Below, in pieces: positions 9,516 to 19,246 of a stretch of DNA of 64,000 bases. The first letter of the stretch is position 1. Each line of letters starts with the position of its first letter. Where the stretch lies: assembly GCA_009711825.1 (NCBI GenBank), contig VEMY01000008.1:15345-79344 (forward strand), written 5' to 3'. The position numbers and the translations under genes are program-made. Source of the DNA: Bacillota bacterium. GTDB lineage: Bacteria; Bacillota; Proteinivoracia; UBA4975; VEMY01. Below the pieces are notes generated by a model. It ran no database searches. It was not told where the DNA came from and worked only from the letters and a program-made list of their open reading frames with translations.

Positions 9516-11024
9516 ATGAGCGCAAAGTTATGGCCTAAGCAGGAGGCAGAAAAAATCGTTCAGCGCTTTCCTGATGCAAAAAAATATCTGCTTCAGACCG
9601 GGTTTGGTCCCTCGGGCCACCCCCACATGGGCACTGTCGGCGAGGTGGTGCGCACCCACTTTGTTGCCATGGCCCTACAGGATATGGGCAAGAAAACAGT
9701 AATCCAGGTCTTCTCCGATGACATGGACGGGCTGCGCAAGATTCCTGTGAACATTGATGCCCCCTGGTTGGAGGAGCATCTGGGCAAGCCGGTATCAGCG
9801 ATTCCCGACCCCTATGGCTGCTGCAAGAGCTTCTCAGACCACATGAACAAAGAATTGGTGGAAATGCTCGATGCCACCGGCATTCCCTATAAATTTGTCT
9901 CGGCAGCGGCAGAGTATAAAAAGGGAACATACAATGACGTGCTGCAGCTCTGCATGCGCCGGATTGACAAAGTCCTGGGCATCATTCTGCCCACCCTGCG
10001 GGAGGAGAACCGGCAGGGCTGGTTTCCAATTATGCCTGTGTGTGAACAGTGCGGCAAGGTCAATACCACCAAGGTCCTGAACCACGATGCGGAAACGGCC
10101 ACGGTTGAATACAGCTGCTCTGAGGAATTGAAAGGCGCCGTTGGTTGTGGGCATCATGGTAGCCAGTTTGTCGGTGATGGCCGCAGCAAATTTGGCTGGA
10201 AGGCCGATTGGGGCGCCCGCTGGGCGGTGTTTGGCATCAACTACGAGATGTACGGCAAGGACCTGATCGAGTCGGCCAAGCTTTCCAAGCAAATCGCCCG
10301 GGTGCTGGGCGGCCGCCCGCCGGTGGACATGTTTTATGAGATGTTTTTGGACGAAACCGGCAAAAAGATTTCCAAGTCGGTGGGCCAAGGCCTGAGCGTC
10401 GAGAACTGGACTCGCTGGGGCACCCATGAGGCCTTAAATTACCTGATGTTCAAAAATCCCCGGCAACAGAAAAAGCTCTCCCAGGACACCGTCGTCCAGT
10501 ACATGGACGAAGTTCTGAAAATGGATACCGACAGTCCCGAATATCCCTATATCTACTTTGCCGGCTCAAAACCAAAGCTGCCGATTGTCTACTCGGATTT
10601 AATCAACATCGTTTCTGCGGTGGGAGTCACGGAAATCCGGGTGCTCAAGGAATTTATCCTCGATATCTACGGTGACGAATTGAATGCCCAGTGGGACCGG
10701 GTAGAAGGTTTGCTGGAGCTGGCAATCAATTTCTACTCCGACTTCATCCTGCCGGAGCGCCATTTCCCCACCCTGAGTGCGGATCAAAATGCCCTGGTGG
10801 ATAAGTTCCTCGCCCTGATAGCAGAGCAAACCGAAGCGGAGGCAATCCAGACCGGTACTTATACGATAGCCAAAGAGGCCGGGGTGCCCCCGCGGGAATT
10901 CTTCAAATTGCTCTATCAAATTATCCTTGGCAAACCCAGCGGCCCCAGGATCGGCAGCTTCGTCAGCCAGCTGGGCGCCGACCGGGTAAGCGAAATTATC
11001 GCCAGAAACAGAAAAAACGCGTAA
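9516..11024 (+). CDS. lysK: lysine--tRNA ligase, class I (archaeal-type LysRS)
   Basis: Start at ATG 9516 with RBS GAGGAGG; N-terminal GFGPSGHPHMGTVGE (class I HIGH-type motif) and KISKS-like KISKSVGQG motif; about 503 aa. Confidence 0.8.
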   Translation: MSAKLWPKQEAEKIVQRFPDAKKYLLQTGFGPSGHPHMGTVGEVVRTHFVAMALQDMGKKTVIQVFSDDMDGLRKIPVNIDAPWLEEHLGKPVSAIPDPYGCCKSFSDHMNKELVEMLDATGIPYKFVSAAAEYKKGTYNDVLQLCMRRIDKVLGIILPTLREENRQGWFPIMPVCEQCGKVNTTKVLNHDAETATVEYSCSEELKGAVGCGHHGSQFVGDGRSKFGWKADWGARWAVFGINYEMYGKDLIESAKLSKQIARVLGGRPPVDMFYEMFLDETGKKISKSVGQGLSVENWTRWGTHEALNYLMFKNPRQQKKLSQDTVVQYMDEVLKMDTDSPEYPYIYFAGSKPKLPIVYSDLINIVSAVGVTEIRVLKEFILDIYGDELNAQWDRVEGLLELAINFYSDFILPERHFPTLSADQNALVDKFLALIAEQTEAEAIQTGTYTIAKEAGVPPREFFKLLYQIILGKPSGPRIGSFVSQLGADRVSEIIARNRKNA

Positions 11025-11073
11025 AAAAACACCCTCCCTGCGGATTTTTGCAGGGAGGGTGTTGCAATTTGCG

Positions 11074-11604
11074 CTATTCAATCGCGATATAAACTTTGCC
11101 ATCTCGTTCTTCTATCGTAACCACATACTGTTTATCACCGGCATGGGCCTCGAAAACGGCTAGACCTTCGGCAGAGCGAATCTCCGTGAACCGCTCGAAC
11201 TGACTCTCAACCTCAGCCACAGTCTCGGAAAAAGATGCTCCTGAGACATAACCGTTGCTTGCAGTGCGCAAATCATCGGCGGCAAGGGTAAGATCAGGTA
11301 TTCCCGCGGTCGCGTCATCGGTTGTGACCCCTTCAGCGGAATCAGTATCCGCCGGTTTTTGGTTATTGAGCATCCCTACAAGGTTATCACTGAGATCACC
11401 TTGAAGCAGGGGCAGGATGGTCAGGGCAAGGAGGGCGGCAACGGCAACTGGCGCCAGCCAGCGCTTCCATGGTTGCTTACTCTTGACCGGCCGGACTGGG
11501 GCCGCGTTCTCCAGGGCCAGAGACAATTTTTCTCGCAGGTCAGCAGGCGGCTGAATGTCTTTGTACTTGCGGGCATCTTCTTTAAGCCTGTTTTCGATAC
11601 TCAT
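11074..11604 (-). CDS. anti-sigma factor (single-pass membrane) cognate to the upstream ECF sigma
   Basis: 176 aa, overlaps the sigma factor gene end; N-terminal cytoplasmic region, one TM (WLAPVAVAALLALTILPLL), extracytoplasmic domain. Confidence 0.55.
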   Translation of the reverse strand: MSIENRLKEDARKYKDIQPPADLREKLSLALENAAPVRPVKSKQPWKRWLAPVAVAALLALTILPLLQGDLSDNLVGMLNNQKPADTDSAEGVTTDDATAGIPDLTLAADDLRTASNGYVSGASFSETVAEVESQFERFTEIRSAEGLAVFEAHAGDKQYVVTIEERDGKVYIAIE

Positions 11605-12109
11605 CTCCCAACCTCCCTTTCAGTTTTTTCAGGCCCTGGTGTAAACGTGATTTCACAGTCCCCACCGGACAGTCCAGAATCTCGCTAATTTCCTCAAAAC
11701 TGCGGTCATTATAGTAAAAAAGCAGTACCACATCCCGTTGATGTTCCGGCAGGGCATGAACGGCATTGAGTAAATCCATGCGTTCCGCGCTATCGGGATC
11801 GTAAACCGAGGACTCGGGTGGCTCTTCGCCAGCGTCCCGTTGACCCTGGCGTAAGCGGCTAAGACAGCAGCGCACCAGAATCTGTTTGGCCCAGGAATAA
11901 AAAGCGGAATCTTTTTTCAAAGTATGAATTTTGGTCAGCAAAATGACAATCATGTCCTGCATTACATCCGCTGCATCCTGTTCATTGCGCATATATAGAT
12001 AACTGAGTCCAAAGAACTCCCGTTCCCGAGCCATGATTAAATCCAGCAAAGCTTCCTTGTCGCCCTGCTTGGCCTTGGCGACGGCGCGGAGGATGTCCAC
12101 AGGCTTCAC
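11582..12109 (-). CDS. RNA polymerase ECF-type sigma-70 factor
   Basis: 175 aa; region 2 (YLYMRNEQDAADVMQD) and region 4 (LPEHQRDVVLLFYYNDRSFEEISEILDCPVGTVKSRL) motifs. Confidence 0.85.
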   Translation of the reverse strand: MKPVDILRAVAKAKQGDKEALLDLIMAREREFFGLSYLYMRNEQDAADVMQDMIVILLTKIHTLKKDSAFYSWAKQILVRCCLSRLRQGQRDAGEEPPESSVYDPDSAERMDLLNAVHALPEHQRDVVLLFYYNDRSFEEISEILDCPVGTVKSRLHQGLKKLKGRLGDEYRKQA

Positions 12110-12215
12110 TCCCCGGTTTCATTAGTAAGACACATAAACCTTGTCTTTAGTTCATTTCATTTAACATTTTATATCAGATTCACTGAGAAAACAAAAACAA
12201 ATTATGCAATATAAA

Positions 12216-12245
12216 AACCGGGGTGGCTTTCCACCCCGGTTAAGA
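12216..12245 (-). terminator. rho-independent terminator after opuAC copy 1
   Basis: AACCGGGGTGGAAAGCCACCCCGGTTTTTAT on the minus strand. Confidence 0.7.
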
Positions 12246-12247
12246 CC

Positions 12248-13108
12248 TTATTCCAGCCAGCCGTCCACTACGTCCCGGTTTGCTTCCATCCAGGCCTGGG
12301 CCGCTTCGTTATTGTCATCGTATTCTTCCATCATACCAATCAGGTCGCCCAACTGCTCGGCGCTCAGGTAGTAATTGTCCAGGAAGCTCTGCACAGCTGG
12401 GTTGTCGCTGGCAAAATCCATGCGGGTAATGGTGTTAATGGTTTCAGCACCGCCATACACGCCTTTGGGATCCTCCAGGAATTTCAGGTCGAAATCAGCG
12501 AATTTCCAGTGGGGAGTCCACCCGGTGACGACAATCCACTCTTCGTTCTGAATCGCAGTTCTCAGTTCGGCAGTCATCGCGGCATCACCGCTGGCCACCA
12601 GTTCAAAGTCCAGGCCATATTCATCAAGGGCAGTATCGGTTGCGCTCATGATGCCGGCGCCTGGATCGATGCCAACGATACGACCTTCAAATTGATCAAC
12701 GTGATCGTTCAACTCTTCGATAGAGTCAATATCCACATAAGTCGGTACTACCAAACCAATCCTGGCGTCATGGTAGTTGGGACCCAAGTCGACAACTTCG
12801 TCTTCCAACTCGCCGAAATACTCGGCATGGGTTCCAGGCAGCCAGGCGCAGACAATAAAGTCAACATCGCCGGTGGCTACACTTTGCCACATCGGAGCAG
12901 CATCCAGATCATTCAGATTTGCTTCGATACCCAGTTCAGTCTCAATGATATTCGCTGCCAGGTAGCTACTGGCAGTAGCGCAGGCCCAGTTTACATAGCC
13001 AATTTCTACTGATTCCTCGCTGCCGGTATCGCAGCCGATTGCAGCGACACTGAGCATCAAGACCAAACCTAAAACACCTAAACCTTTCAAAAACCTCACA
13101 AATAACAA
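12248..13108 (-). CDS. opuAC: glycine betaine/proline betaine ABC transporter substrate-binding lipoprotein (OpuAC), copy 1
   Basis: 286 aa; lipobox AAIGC; IGYVNWACATASS..., WLPGTHAEYF, WKFADFDLKFLEDP are typical of OpuAC/ProX. Confidence 0.85.
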   Translation of the reverse strand: MLFVRFLKGLGVLGLVLMLSVAAIGCDTGSEESVEIGYVNWACATASSYLAANIIETELGIEANLNDLDAAPMWQSVATGDVDFIVCAWLPGTHAEYFGELEDEVVDLGPNYHDARIGLVVPTYVDIDSIEELNDHVDQFEGRIVGIDPGAGIMSATDTALDEYGLDFELVASGDAAMTAELRTAIQNEEWIVVTGWTPHWKFADFDLKFLEDPKGVYGGAETINTITRMDFASDNPAVQSFLDNYYLSAEQLGDLIGMMEEYDDNNEAAQAWMEANRDVVDGWLE

Positions 13109-13143
13109 ACCTCCAGTTAATGTATTTATATCAGGCCCGGACT

Positions 13144-14025
13144 CTAGTTTTTACCAGAGCCCTGGGTCAGCCTGTCAAGAATAATTGCAATCACGACAAC
13201 AGCAATTCCACCTTCAAATCCCTTGCCCACATCCAGGCTGGAGATGCCGTCCCGGACAACCGAGCCAAGACCGCCGGCACCAATCATCGAGGCGATAACT
13301 ACCATAGAAAGGGCCAGCATAATACACTGGTTGACACCGGCCATAATTGTCGGCATTGCCTGGGGCAGTTGAATTTTAAAGAGCAGTTGATGCCAGTTGG
13401 AGCCATAAGCTTCACCGGCTTCTATCAGCTCCACGGGCACCTGACGGATACCGAGGCTGGTGAGCCGGATTGCCGGTGGCATAGCAAAGATAATCGTCGC
13501 AAACACTGCCGGCACCGAGCCGATCCGGAAAAAGAACACAGCCGGGATCAAATAGACAAAAGCCGGCATCGTCTGCATAAAGTCGAGAATCGGCCGTACG
13601 ATGCTGTTGACCGTTTTGAATTTGGCGGCCAAAATACCCGTGGGGACACCAATTACCAATGCAATCACTGTCGCAGTGATAATCTGAGCCAGGGTAATCA
13701 CGGCATAATCCCAGAGCTGGATGTTGGCAATGAACAAAACACCCAACAAACTGAAAATAGCCACACCGCGCCCGGCGATGCGCCAGGCAATCAGGGCAAT
13801 GATGATTGCAACACCCCAGTAGGGCACAAAGCCAATAATTGCCTCTAATAAATCCACCATCCAGCTGATGCCGGTGCGAATCGCGGCAAACTGGTTGCCG
13901 AAGGTATCCATCAGAAAATCGACAAATACATTCACCCACTCGCCTACCGGCAAGCGGAGGGTCGTAACCCATTCGTACGCATCGCTAAAAAAGCTGGCAG
14001 CAAAAATGTTAGCTGTCATTCTCAT
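13144..14025 (-). CDS. opuAB: glycine betaine ABC transporter permease (OpuAB), copy 1
   Basis: 293 aa; ABC permease with EAA-like loop (EAGEAYGSNWHQLLFKIQLPQAMP). Confidence 0.85.
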   Translation of the reverse strand: MRMTANIFAASFFSDAYEWVTTLRLPVGEWVNVFVDFLMDTFGNQFAAIRTGISWMVDLLEAIIGFVPYWGVAIIIALIAWRIAGRGVAIFSLLGVLFIANIQLWDYAVITLAQIITATVIALVIGVPTGILAAKFKTVNSIVRPILDFMQTMPAFVYLIPAVFFFRIGSVPAVFATIIFAMPPAIRLTSLGIRQVPVELIEAGEAYGSNWHQLLFKIQLPQAMPTIMAGVNQCIMLALSMVVIASMIGAGGLGSVVRDGISSLDVGKGFEGGIAVVVIAIILDRLTQGSGKN

Positions 14026-15214
14026 CCTCCCCCCTGTCAGGAATCAGGGCCTCTAGCACAGAACCCCGGACAATGATTCCCAACAAACGCTTCTGCTCGT
14101 CAACTACAGCCAGAGGGATGGACGTATTGACCGTTAATTCGATGAGCTCAGAGATGCTGGTCTCTGGAGTGACGGTATTGAGCTCATTTTTAATTATATC
14201 GGTCAGGTCTTTTTTGCCGGCCTCAATTGCCGCGTAGACATCATCAATCTGAACAACTCCGATAAGTTTGCGCCGCTCACCGGTAACAAACAAGAAGTCG
14301 ACACCATATTTCTTCATTTCCTTGAGGGCAAGTCTCGGTCCCTGGTTCTCGTTGACAGTGGTCCAAGGCTTAGTCAGAATGTCCCCGGCAGTTAGGACTT
14401 CAGAACGGTTGACTCCCTGGACAAACCGTCTTACATAGTCATCTGCCGGGTTGGTGAGAATCTCCTCGGCGGTTCCTATCTGCACAGTCTTACCGTCTTT
14501 CATCAGCATAATCCGGTCGCCTAGCTTCAGAGCCTCGTCCAAATCATGGGTGATAAAAACAATCGTCTTCTGCATCTGGCTCTGCAGATCCAAAAGCTCA
14601 TCCTGCATGTCGTTTCGAATCAGGGGGTCCAAGGCGCTAAAAGCCTCATCCATTAAGAGAATTTCCGGATCATTGGCCAGCGCCCGGGCAAGTCCCACCC
14701 GCTGCTTCATGCCACCGCTCAATTGGTCGGGATAGCTAGACTCATAGCCCTCGAGACCAACAAGACTGAGGGCGTCCTGGGCCTTTTGCTGCCGCTCTTC
14801 CTTGTCAATGCCCTGGATTTCCAAACCGTATTCAGTATTCGCCAGCACAGTCCGATTGGGTAGCAAGGCGAAATTCTGAAACACCATGCTCATGCTGGTG
14901 CGTCGGGTTTGCCGCAACTGCTTTTTATCCATCTTTAAAATATCTTCTTCGTCGTTCAGCAGTACCTCGCCCCGAGTCGGTTCAATCAGGCGATTCAAAC
15001 AACGAATCAATGTAGATTTGCCGCTGCCGGACAAGCCCATGATCACGAAGACTTCCCCTTGCTTAACGCTGAAATTGGCGTTGTCAATACCGACAGTCAA
15101 TCCCGTCTTATGTAGAATTTCATCCTTTGTCAGCCCTTTAGCCAACAAGTCAAGGCCCCGTTTGGGGTTGGGGCCAAAGATTTTGTACAAGTTTTTAACA
15201 GTTAGTTTATTCAC
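14009..15214 (-). CDS. opuAA: glycine betaine ABC transporter ATP-binding protein with tandem CBS domains (OpuAA), copy 1
   Basis: Start set to GTG 15212-15214 (RBS GGAAGGAGG), aligning with the copy-2 start MVKLAVKNLYKIFG; Walker A GLSGSGKST, signature LSGGMKQRVGLARAL, C-terminal CBS pair. Confidence 0.85.
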   Translation of the reverse strand: MNKLTVKNLYKIFGPNPKRGLDLLAKGLTKDEILHKTGLTVGIDNANFSVKQGEVFVIMGLSGSGKSTLIRCLNRLIEPTRGEVLLNDEEDILKMDKKQLRQTRRTSMSMVFQNFALLPNRTVLANTEYGLEIQGIDKEERQQKAQDALSLVGLEGYESSYPDQLSGGMKQRVGLARALANDPEILLMDEAFSALDPLIRNDMQDELLDLQSQMQKTIVFITHDLDEALKLGDRIMLMKDGKTVQIGTAEEILTNPADDYVRRFVQGVNRSEVLTAGDILTKPWTTVNENQGPRLALKEMKKYGVDFLFVTGERRKLIGVVQIDDVYAAIEAGKKDLTDIIKNELNTVTPETSISELIELTVNTSIPLAVVDEQKRLLGIIVRGSVLEALIPDRGEDENDS

Positions 15215-15419
15215 AACCGGCCTCCTTCCCAGAAACACAATCTTAAGTTTAACAGTCCAGACAAGCACCGTCAAAATGGACCTGCCGTAGCATATTCCAA
15301 TCCAGTTAACTGAGCGATGCTCATAACCATATAGGTAGCGTAGACTCAGGATTCGTAGCGTATTATGCTATATTTCTACCCTTATGTTGGCACTGTCAGA
15401 ATTAGACTAAAAATCGTAC

Positions 15420-15452
15420 ATAAAAAAGCGGCACAGCTTGTGCCGCTTTAGC
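15420..15452 (-). terminator. terminator after opuAC copy 2
   Basis: GCTAAAGCGGCACAAGCTGTGCCGCTTTTTTATG on the minus strand. Confidence 0.7.
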
Positions 15453-15453
15453 G

Positions 15454-16368
15454 CTACTCAGGTAGCCATCCATTAACCACTTCACGATTTTCGTCAATCC
15501 ATTGCTGGACTGCCTCATCGATATCATCGATATCCTCAATCATTCCCATCAAACTTCCCAGTTGTTCGGGAGTCATGAAAAAGTTCTCCAGGAACCTCTG
15601 GACGCGAGGATTGTCCTCAGCAAACCCTTCCCGGGTGATAGTAAAAATTGATTCTTCGCCACCATATACATTCTCTGGATCCTCCAGGAACTTGAGCTCA
15701 AACTCAGCAAACTTCCAATGCGGGGACCAGCCAGTGACAACAATCCATTCCTCATTATCGATTGCGGTTTGTAGTTCCGCCGCCATTGCTGCATCACTAC
15801 TATCAACCAAGGTCAAATCCAGTTCATAAACCTCGATCGCCTCTTCGGTGGCGCCCATAATCCCGGCGCCGGCATCGATTCCGACAATCCTCCCCTCAAA
15901 TTGCTCCGCATTTTCATTGAGCTCAGTGATGGAGTCAATTTCCACATAGGTGGGAACCACCAAACCAATCTGTGCACCCTGGTAATTCTCTCGGACCCGG
16001 ACCACATCATCTTCCAGCTCCGCGTAATATTCCGAGTGTGTAACCGGAAGCCAGGCGCTGAGAATGAAATCCAAATCCCCGGTGGCCAAGCTCTGCCACA
16101 TCAGGGCAGCGCCCAGGTCTGTCAATTCAACCGTAACATCTTCCATATCTTCTTCCAGGATTGTTTGCACAAGATGTCCGGTGGCAGTGGCGCAGGCCCA
16201 GTTGACGTAACCGATGGTAACGTCTTCCGGCTCCACTTGTTCACCGCCGTTATCCGGGGGTGGCTCGATACCATTATCCTCGGGCGGAGTATCGGCCCTT
16301 GGCCACATAAATATCGCCAGTGCCACCAATCCCACTACAATTAAACCAATAAGCCACGACTTGTTCAT
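15454..16368 (-). CDS. opuAC: glycine betaine ABC transporter substrate-binding protein (OpuAC), copy 2
   Basis: 304 aa; about 65% identical to copy 1 over the binding domain (IGYVNWACATATG..., WKFAEFELKFLEDP). Confidence 0.85.
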   Translation of the reverse strand: MNKSWLIGLIVVGLVALAIFMWPRADTPPEDNGIEPPPDNGGEQVEPEDVTIGYVNWACATATGHLVQTILEEDMEDVTVELTDLGAALMWQSLATGDLDFILSAWLPVTHSEYYAELEDDVVRVRENYQGAQIGLVVPTYVEIDSITELNENAEQFEGRIVGIDAGAGIMGATEEAIEVYELDLTLVDSSDAAMAAELQTAIDNEEWIVVTGWSPHWKFAEFELKFLEDPENVYGGEESIFTITREGFAEDNPRVQRFLENFFMTPEQLGSLMGMIEDIDDIDEAVQQWIDENREVVNGWLPE

Positions 16369-16389
16369 TGCTCAATATCCTCCTTGAAA

Positions 16390-17283
16390 TTAGTTGCGGT
16401 ACCCCTTACTACTTCCCTTGCCCTGGGTCAAACGGTCCAGGATAATCGCAATAATCACCACCGCCAACCCTCCCTCAAAGCCCATGCCGACATTGAGACG
16501 ATCGATACCTGTCAGCACCACCGACCCTAAGCCGCCGGCGCCAATCATTGAAGCGATGACAACCATCGACAATGAAAGCATAATACATTGATTGATTCCT
16601 GCCATGATTGTCGGCAACGCCTGGGGCAGCTGCACTTTAAACAATAGCTGGTACCAGTTGGAGCCGAAGGCCTCACCGGCCTCAATCAGTTCCTGGGGAA
16701 CCTGACGGATACCGAGACTGGTGAGCCGAATCGCCGGCGGCATCGCAAAAATAATCGTCGCGAATACGGCCGGCACCGCCCCAATTCGAAAGAAGAACAC
16801 CGCCGGTATCAGGTAGACAAAGGCCGGCATCGTTTGCATCAAATCCAGTAGCGGTCGCAGCACAGTATTTACTGGCCCAAATTTGGCGCCCAGAATCCCC
16901 AGGGGAACTCCAATTAACAAGGCAATCAGGGTGGCGGTAATAATCAGCGCCAAGGTGCTGACTGTCGCCGGCCAGAGACCGATATTTGCAATCAACAGCA
17001 CTCCCAAAAACGCAAATATAGCTTCTCCCCTGCCTGCCAGCCGCCAGGCCAGCACAGCGATTACAAGCGCCAGTGCCCAGAAGGGAAATAACCCCAAAAC
17101 GTCAGCCAGCAATTCCACCAGCCAGGAGATGCCAGAACGGATGGCATCGAACTGGGCGTTGAAGGTATCCGTTAACCAGTCGATGAACGCAGCAAACCAA
17201 TCGCCGATGGGAACCTGGTATTCCTGGAATCGCTCCAAAAAAGTTGTCTGCAAGAATATGTTACTCATCTTCATCTGGCTCAC
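16390..17283 (-). CDS. opuAB: glycine betaine ABC transporter permease (OpuAB), copy 2
   Basis: 297 aa, paralog of 13144-14025. Confidence 0.85.
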   Translation of the reverse strand: MSQMKMSNIFLQTTFLERFQEYQVPIGDWFAAFIDWLTDTFNAQFDAIRSGISWLVELLADVLGLFPFWALALVIAVLAWRLAGRGEAIFAFLGVLLIANIGLWPATVSTLALIITATLIALLIGVPLGILGAKFGPVNTVLRPLLDLMQTMPAFVYLIPAVFFFRIGAVPAVFATIIFAMPPAIRLTSLGIRQVPQELIEAGEAFGSNWYQLLFKVQLPQALPTIMAGINQCIMLSLSMVVIASMIGAGGLGSVVLTGIDRLNVGMGFEGGLAVVIIAIILDRLTQGKGSSKGYRN

Positions 17284-18466
17284 CCCTTTCCGGGATCAGG
17301 GCTTCCAGCACACTGCCCTTGACGATGACCCCTTGCAGACGCTTGTTCTCATCGACAACTGCCACCGGCACAGAGGACCCGACTGTCAGTTCAATCAGTT
17401 CTGAGATGCTTGTATTGGGCGCCACCGTGTTCACAACATCCTGCTTGATAATCTGCCTCAGGTTCTTGTCGCCCCTTTCAATTGCCTTAGAAACATCATC
17501 AATCAGAACCACCCCAGCCAGCGCCCGGTGCTCTCCCAGCACAAACAGGGATTCTGTTCCATACTTTTTCATTTCTTTGAGGGCAAGCCGCGGCCCCTGC
17601 TGAAATGATACTGTAGACCAGGGTTTGACCATGATGTCCCGGGCGCTGAGGACCTCGCTGCGATTCACGCCCTGGACAAAGCGACGCACGTATTCATCAG
17701 CAGGGTTGGTAAGGATATCCTCGGCGGTGCCGATCTGCACCGCTCGGCCATCCTTCATCAGCATGATACGATCTCCCAATTTCAAGGCTTCGTCCAGATC
17801 ATGGGTAATGAAGATAATAGTTTTGTTCATTTCATCCTGAAGCTCCAATAATTCATCCTGCATGTCGCCGCGAATCAATGGATCAAGGGCGCTGAAGGCT
17901 TCATCCATCAGAAGAATTTCCGGATCATTGGCCAATGCCCGGGCCAAGCCCACACGCTGTTTCATACCGCCGCTGAGCTGTTCGGGAAAGCTCTCTTCAT
18001 AGCCCGCAAGGCTAACCAGTTCCAGAGATTTCATCGCTTTTTCCTGGCGAGTGCTTTTATCCACACCCTGAATTTCCAAACCATACTCCACATTTGCCAG
18101 CACCGTCCGGTTGGGCAGGAGCGCAAAGTTCTGAAACACCATGCTCATTTTGGTGCGGCGCATCTCCAGTAATTCCTTTTTGCTCATCTTAAGAATATCA
18201 ATATCATCCAGGATGATTTCGCCGGCAGTTGGCATAATCAGACGGTTGAGGCAACGCACCATTGTGGACTTGCCACTGCCGGAAAGTCCCATGATTACAA
18301 AAACTTCACCCTGCTCAACCTCAAAACTGGCATCATTAATACCCACTGTCAGCCCAGTTTTCTTAAGAATCTCTTCCTTTCCCAATCCCTTTTTTAACAG
18401 ATCGAGTCCGCGCTGGGGATTGGGTCCAAAAATCTTATATAGGTTTTTTACTGCCAATTTGACCAT
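17261..18466 (-). CDS. opuAA: glycine betaine ABC transporter ATPase with CBS domains (OpuAA), copy 2
   Basis: 401 aa; MVKLAVKNLYKIFG, Walker A/B, signature motif, CBS pair; RBS GGAGGAC upstream. Confidence 0.88.
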   Translation of the reverse strand: MVKLAVKNLYKIFGPNPQRGLDLLKKGLGKEEILKKTGLTVGINDASFEVEQGEVFVIMGLSGSGKSTMVRCLNRLIMPTAGEIILDDIDILKMSKKELLEMRRTKMSMVFQNFALLPNRTVLANVEYGLEIQGVDKSTRQEKAMKSLELVSLAGYEESFPEQLSGGMKQRVGLARALANDPEILLMDEAFSALDPLIRGDMQDELLELQDEMNKTIIFITHDLDEALKLGDRIMLMKDGRAVQIGTAEDILTNPADEYVRRFVQGVNRSEVLSARDIMVKPWSTVSFQQGPRLALKEMKKYGTESLFVLGEHRALAGVVLIDDVSKAIERGDKNLRQIIKQDVVNTVAPNTSISELIELTVGSSVPVAVVDENKRLQGVIVKGSVLEALIPERGEPDEDE

Positions 18467-18570
18467 GGCCAGTCCTCCATCAACTGCTCTTATGGTTCAA
18501 TAGGTATTTTACCCAAGGAAGGAAACAGCTAAACAACTAATTAAGCAAAGGGCGCCCTGCGATTATAATC

Positions 18571-19230
18571 CTAATCATTTAACTCTTTGCGTTCCCCTGT
18601 AACCATGTAAATCAGCCACTCGCCCAAATTTGTGGCGTGGTCCCCAATCCGCTCCAAATAACTGCTGACAAATAACAATTGGGTGGCCTGTCTGATATTA
18701 CGTGGCTCCTCCATCATATAAGTCAGGAGTTCCCGGATAATCTGGTTGTGCAACTGATCAACTTCGTCGTCATCTTTGCATACCTCATATGCCATTTCAA
18801 CATCCGCGTTAATAAAACAGTCCAAAGCATTAGCTACCATCGTGCAGACCATTCCAGACATTCGAGGGATATCCACCAAGGGTTTAATTAGAGGCTCATC
18901 ACCAATGCGGAGAGTTATTTTCGCAATATCGCTCGCATGGTCGGCAATCCGCTCCAAGTCGGTAATTATTTTGAGGACGGTTGCTATTTTTCGTAAATCT
19001 ACCGCCAGCGGTTGCTGACGGGCTATAAGCGTCAAACAACGTTCCTCTATTGCCAGCTCCATGTCATCAATCTTCTGATCTTCATCGATAACTGTCTGGG
19101 CCAGTTCCAGATTCTGCTCTCTTAAGGATCTTACGGACTTCGAGATACTTTGCTCGACGAGGCCGCCCATTAACATTAGTTCTTCAACCAATTGCTTGAG
19201 ATCATCCCTAAAACTTGACCGCGCATTCAT
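18571..19230 (-). CDS. phoU: phosphate signaling complex protein PhoU
   Basis: Start set to ATG 19228-19230 (MNARSSFRDDL..., RBS AGGAGGG); two PhoU repeats (DxxIDxxE, ERIGDHATN). Confidence 0.85.
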   Translation of the reverse strand: MNARSSFRDDLKQLVEELMLMGGLVEQSISKSVRSLREQNLELAQTVIDEDQKIDDMELAIEERCLTLIARQQPLAVDLRKIATVLKIITDLERIADHASDIAKITLRIGDEPLIKPLVDIPRMSGMVCTMVANALDCFINADVEMAYEVCKDDDEVDQLHNQIIRELLTYMMEEPRNIRQATQLLFVSSYLERIGDHATNLGEWLIYMVTGERKELND

Positions 19231-19246
19231 TATGATTCCCTCCTGA

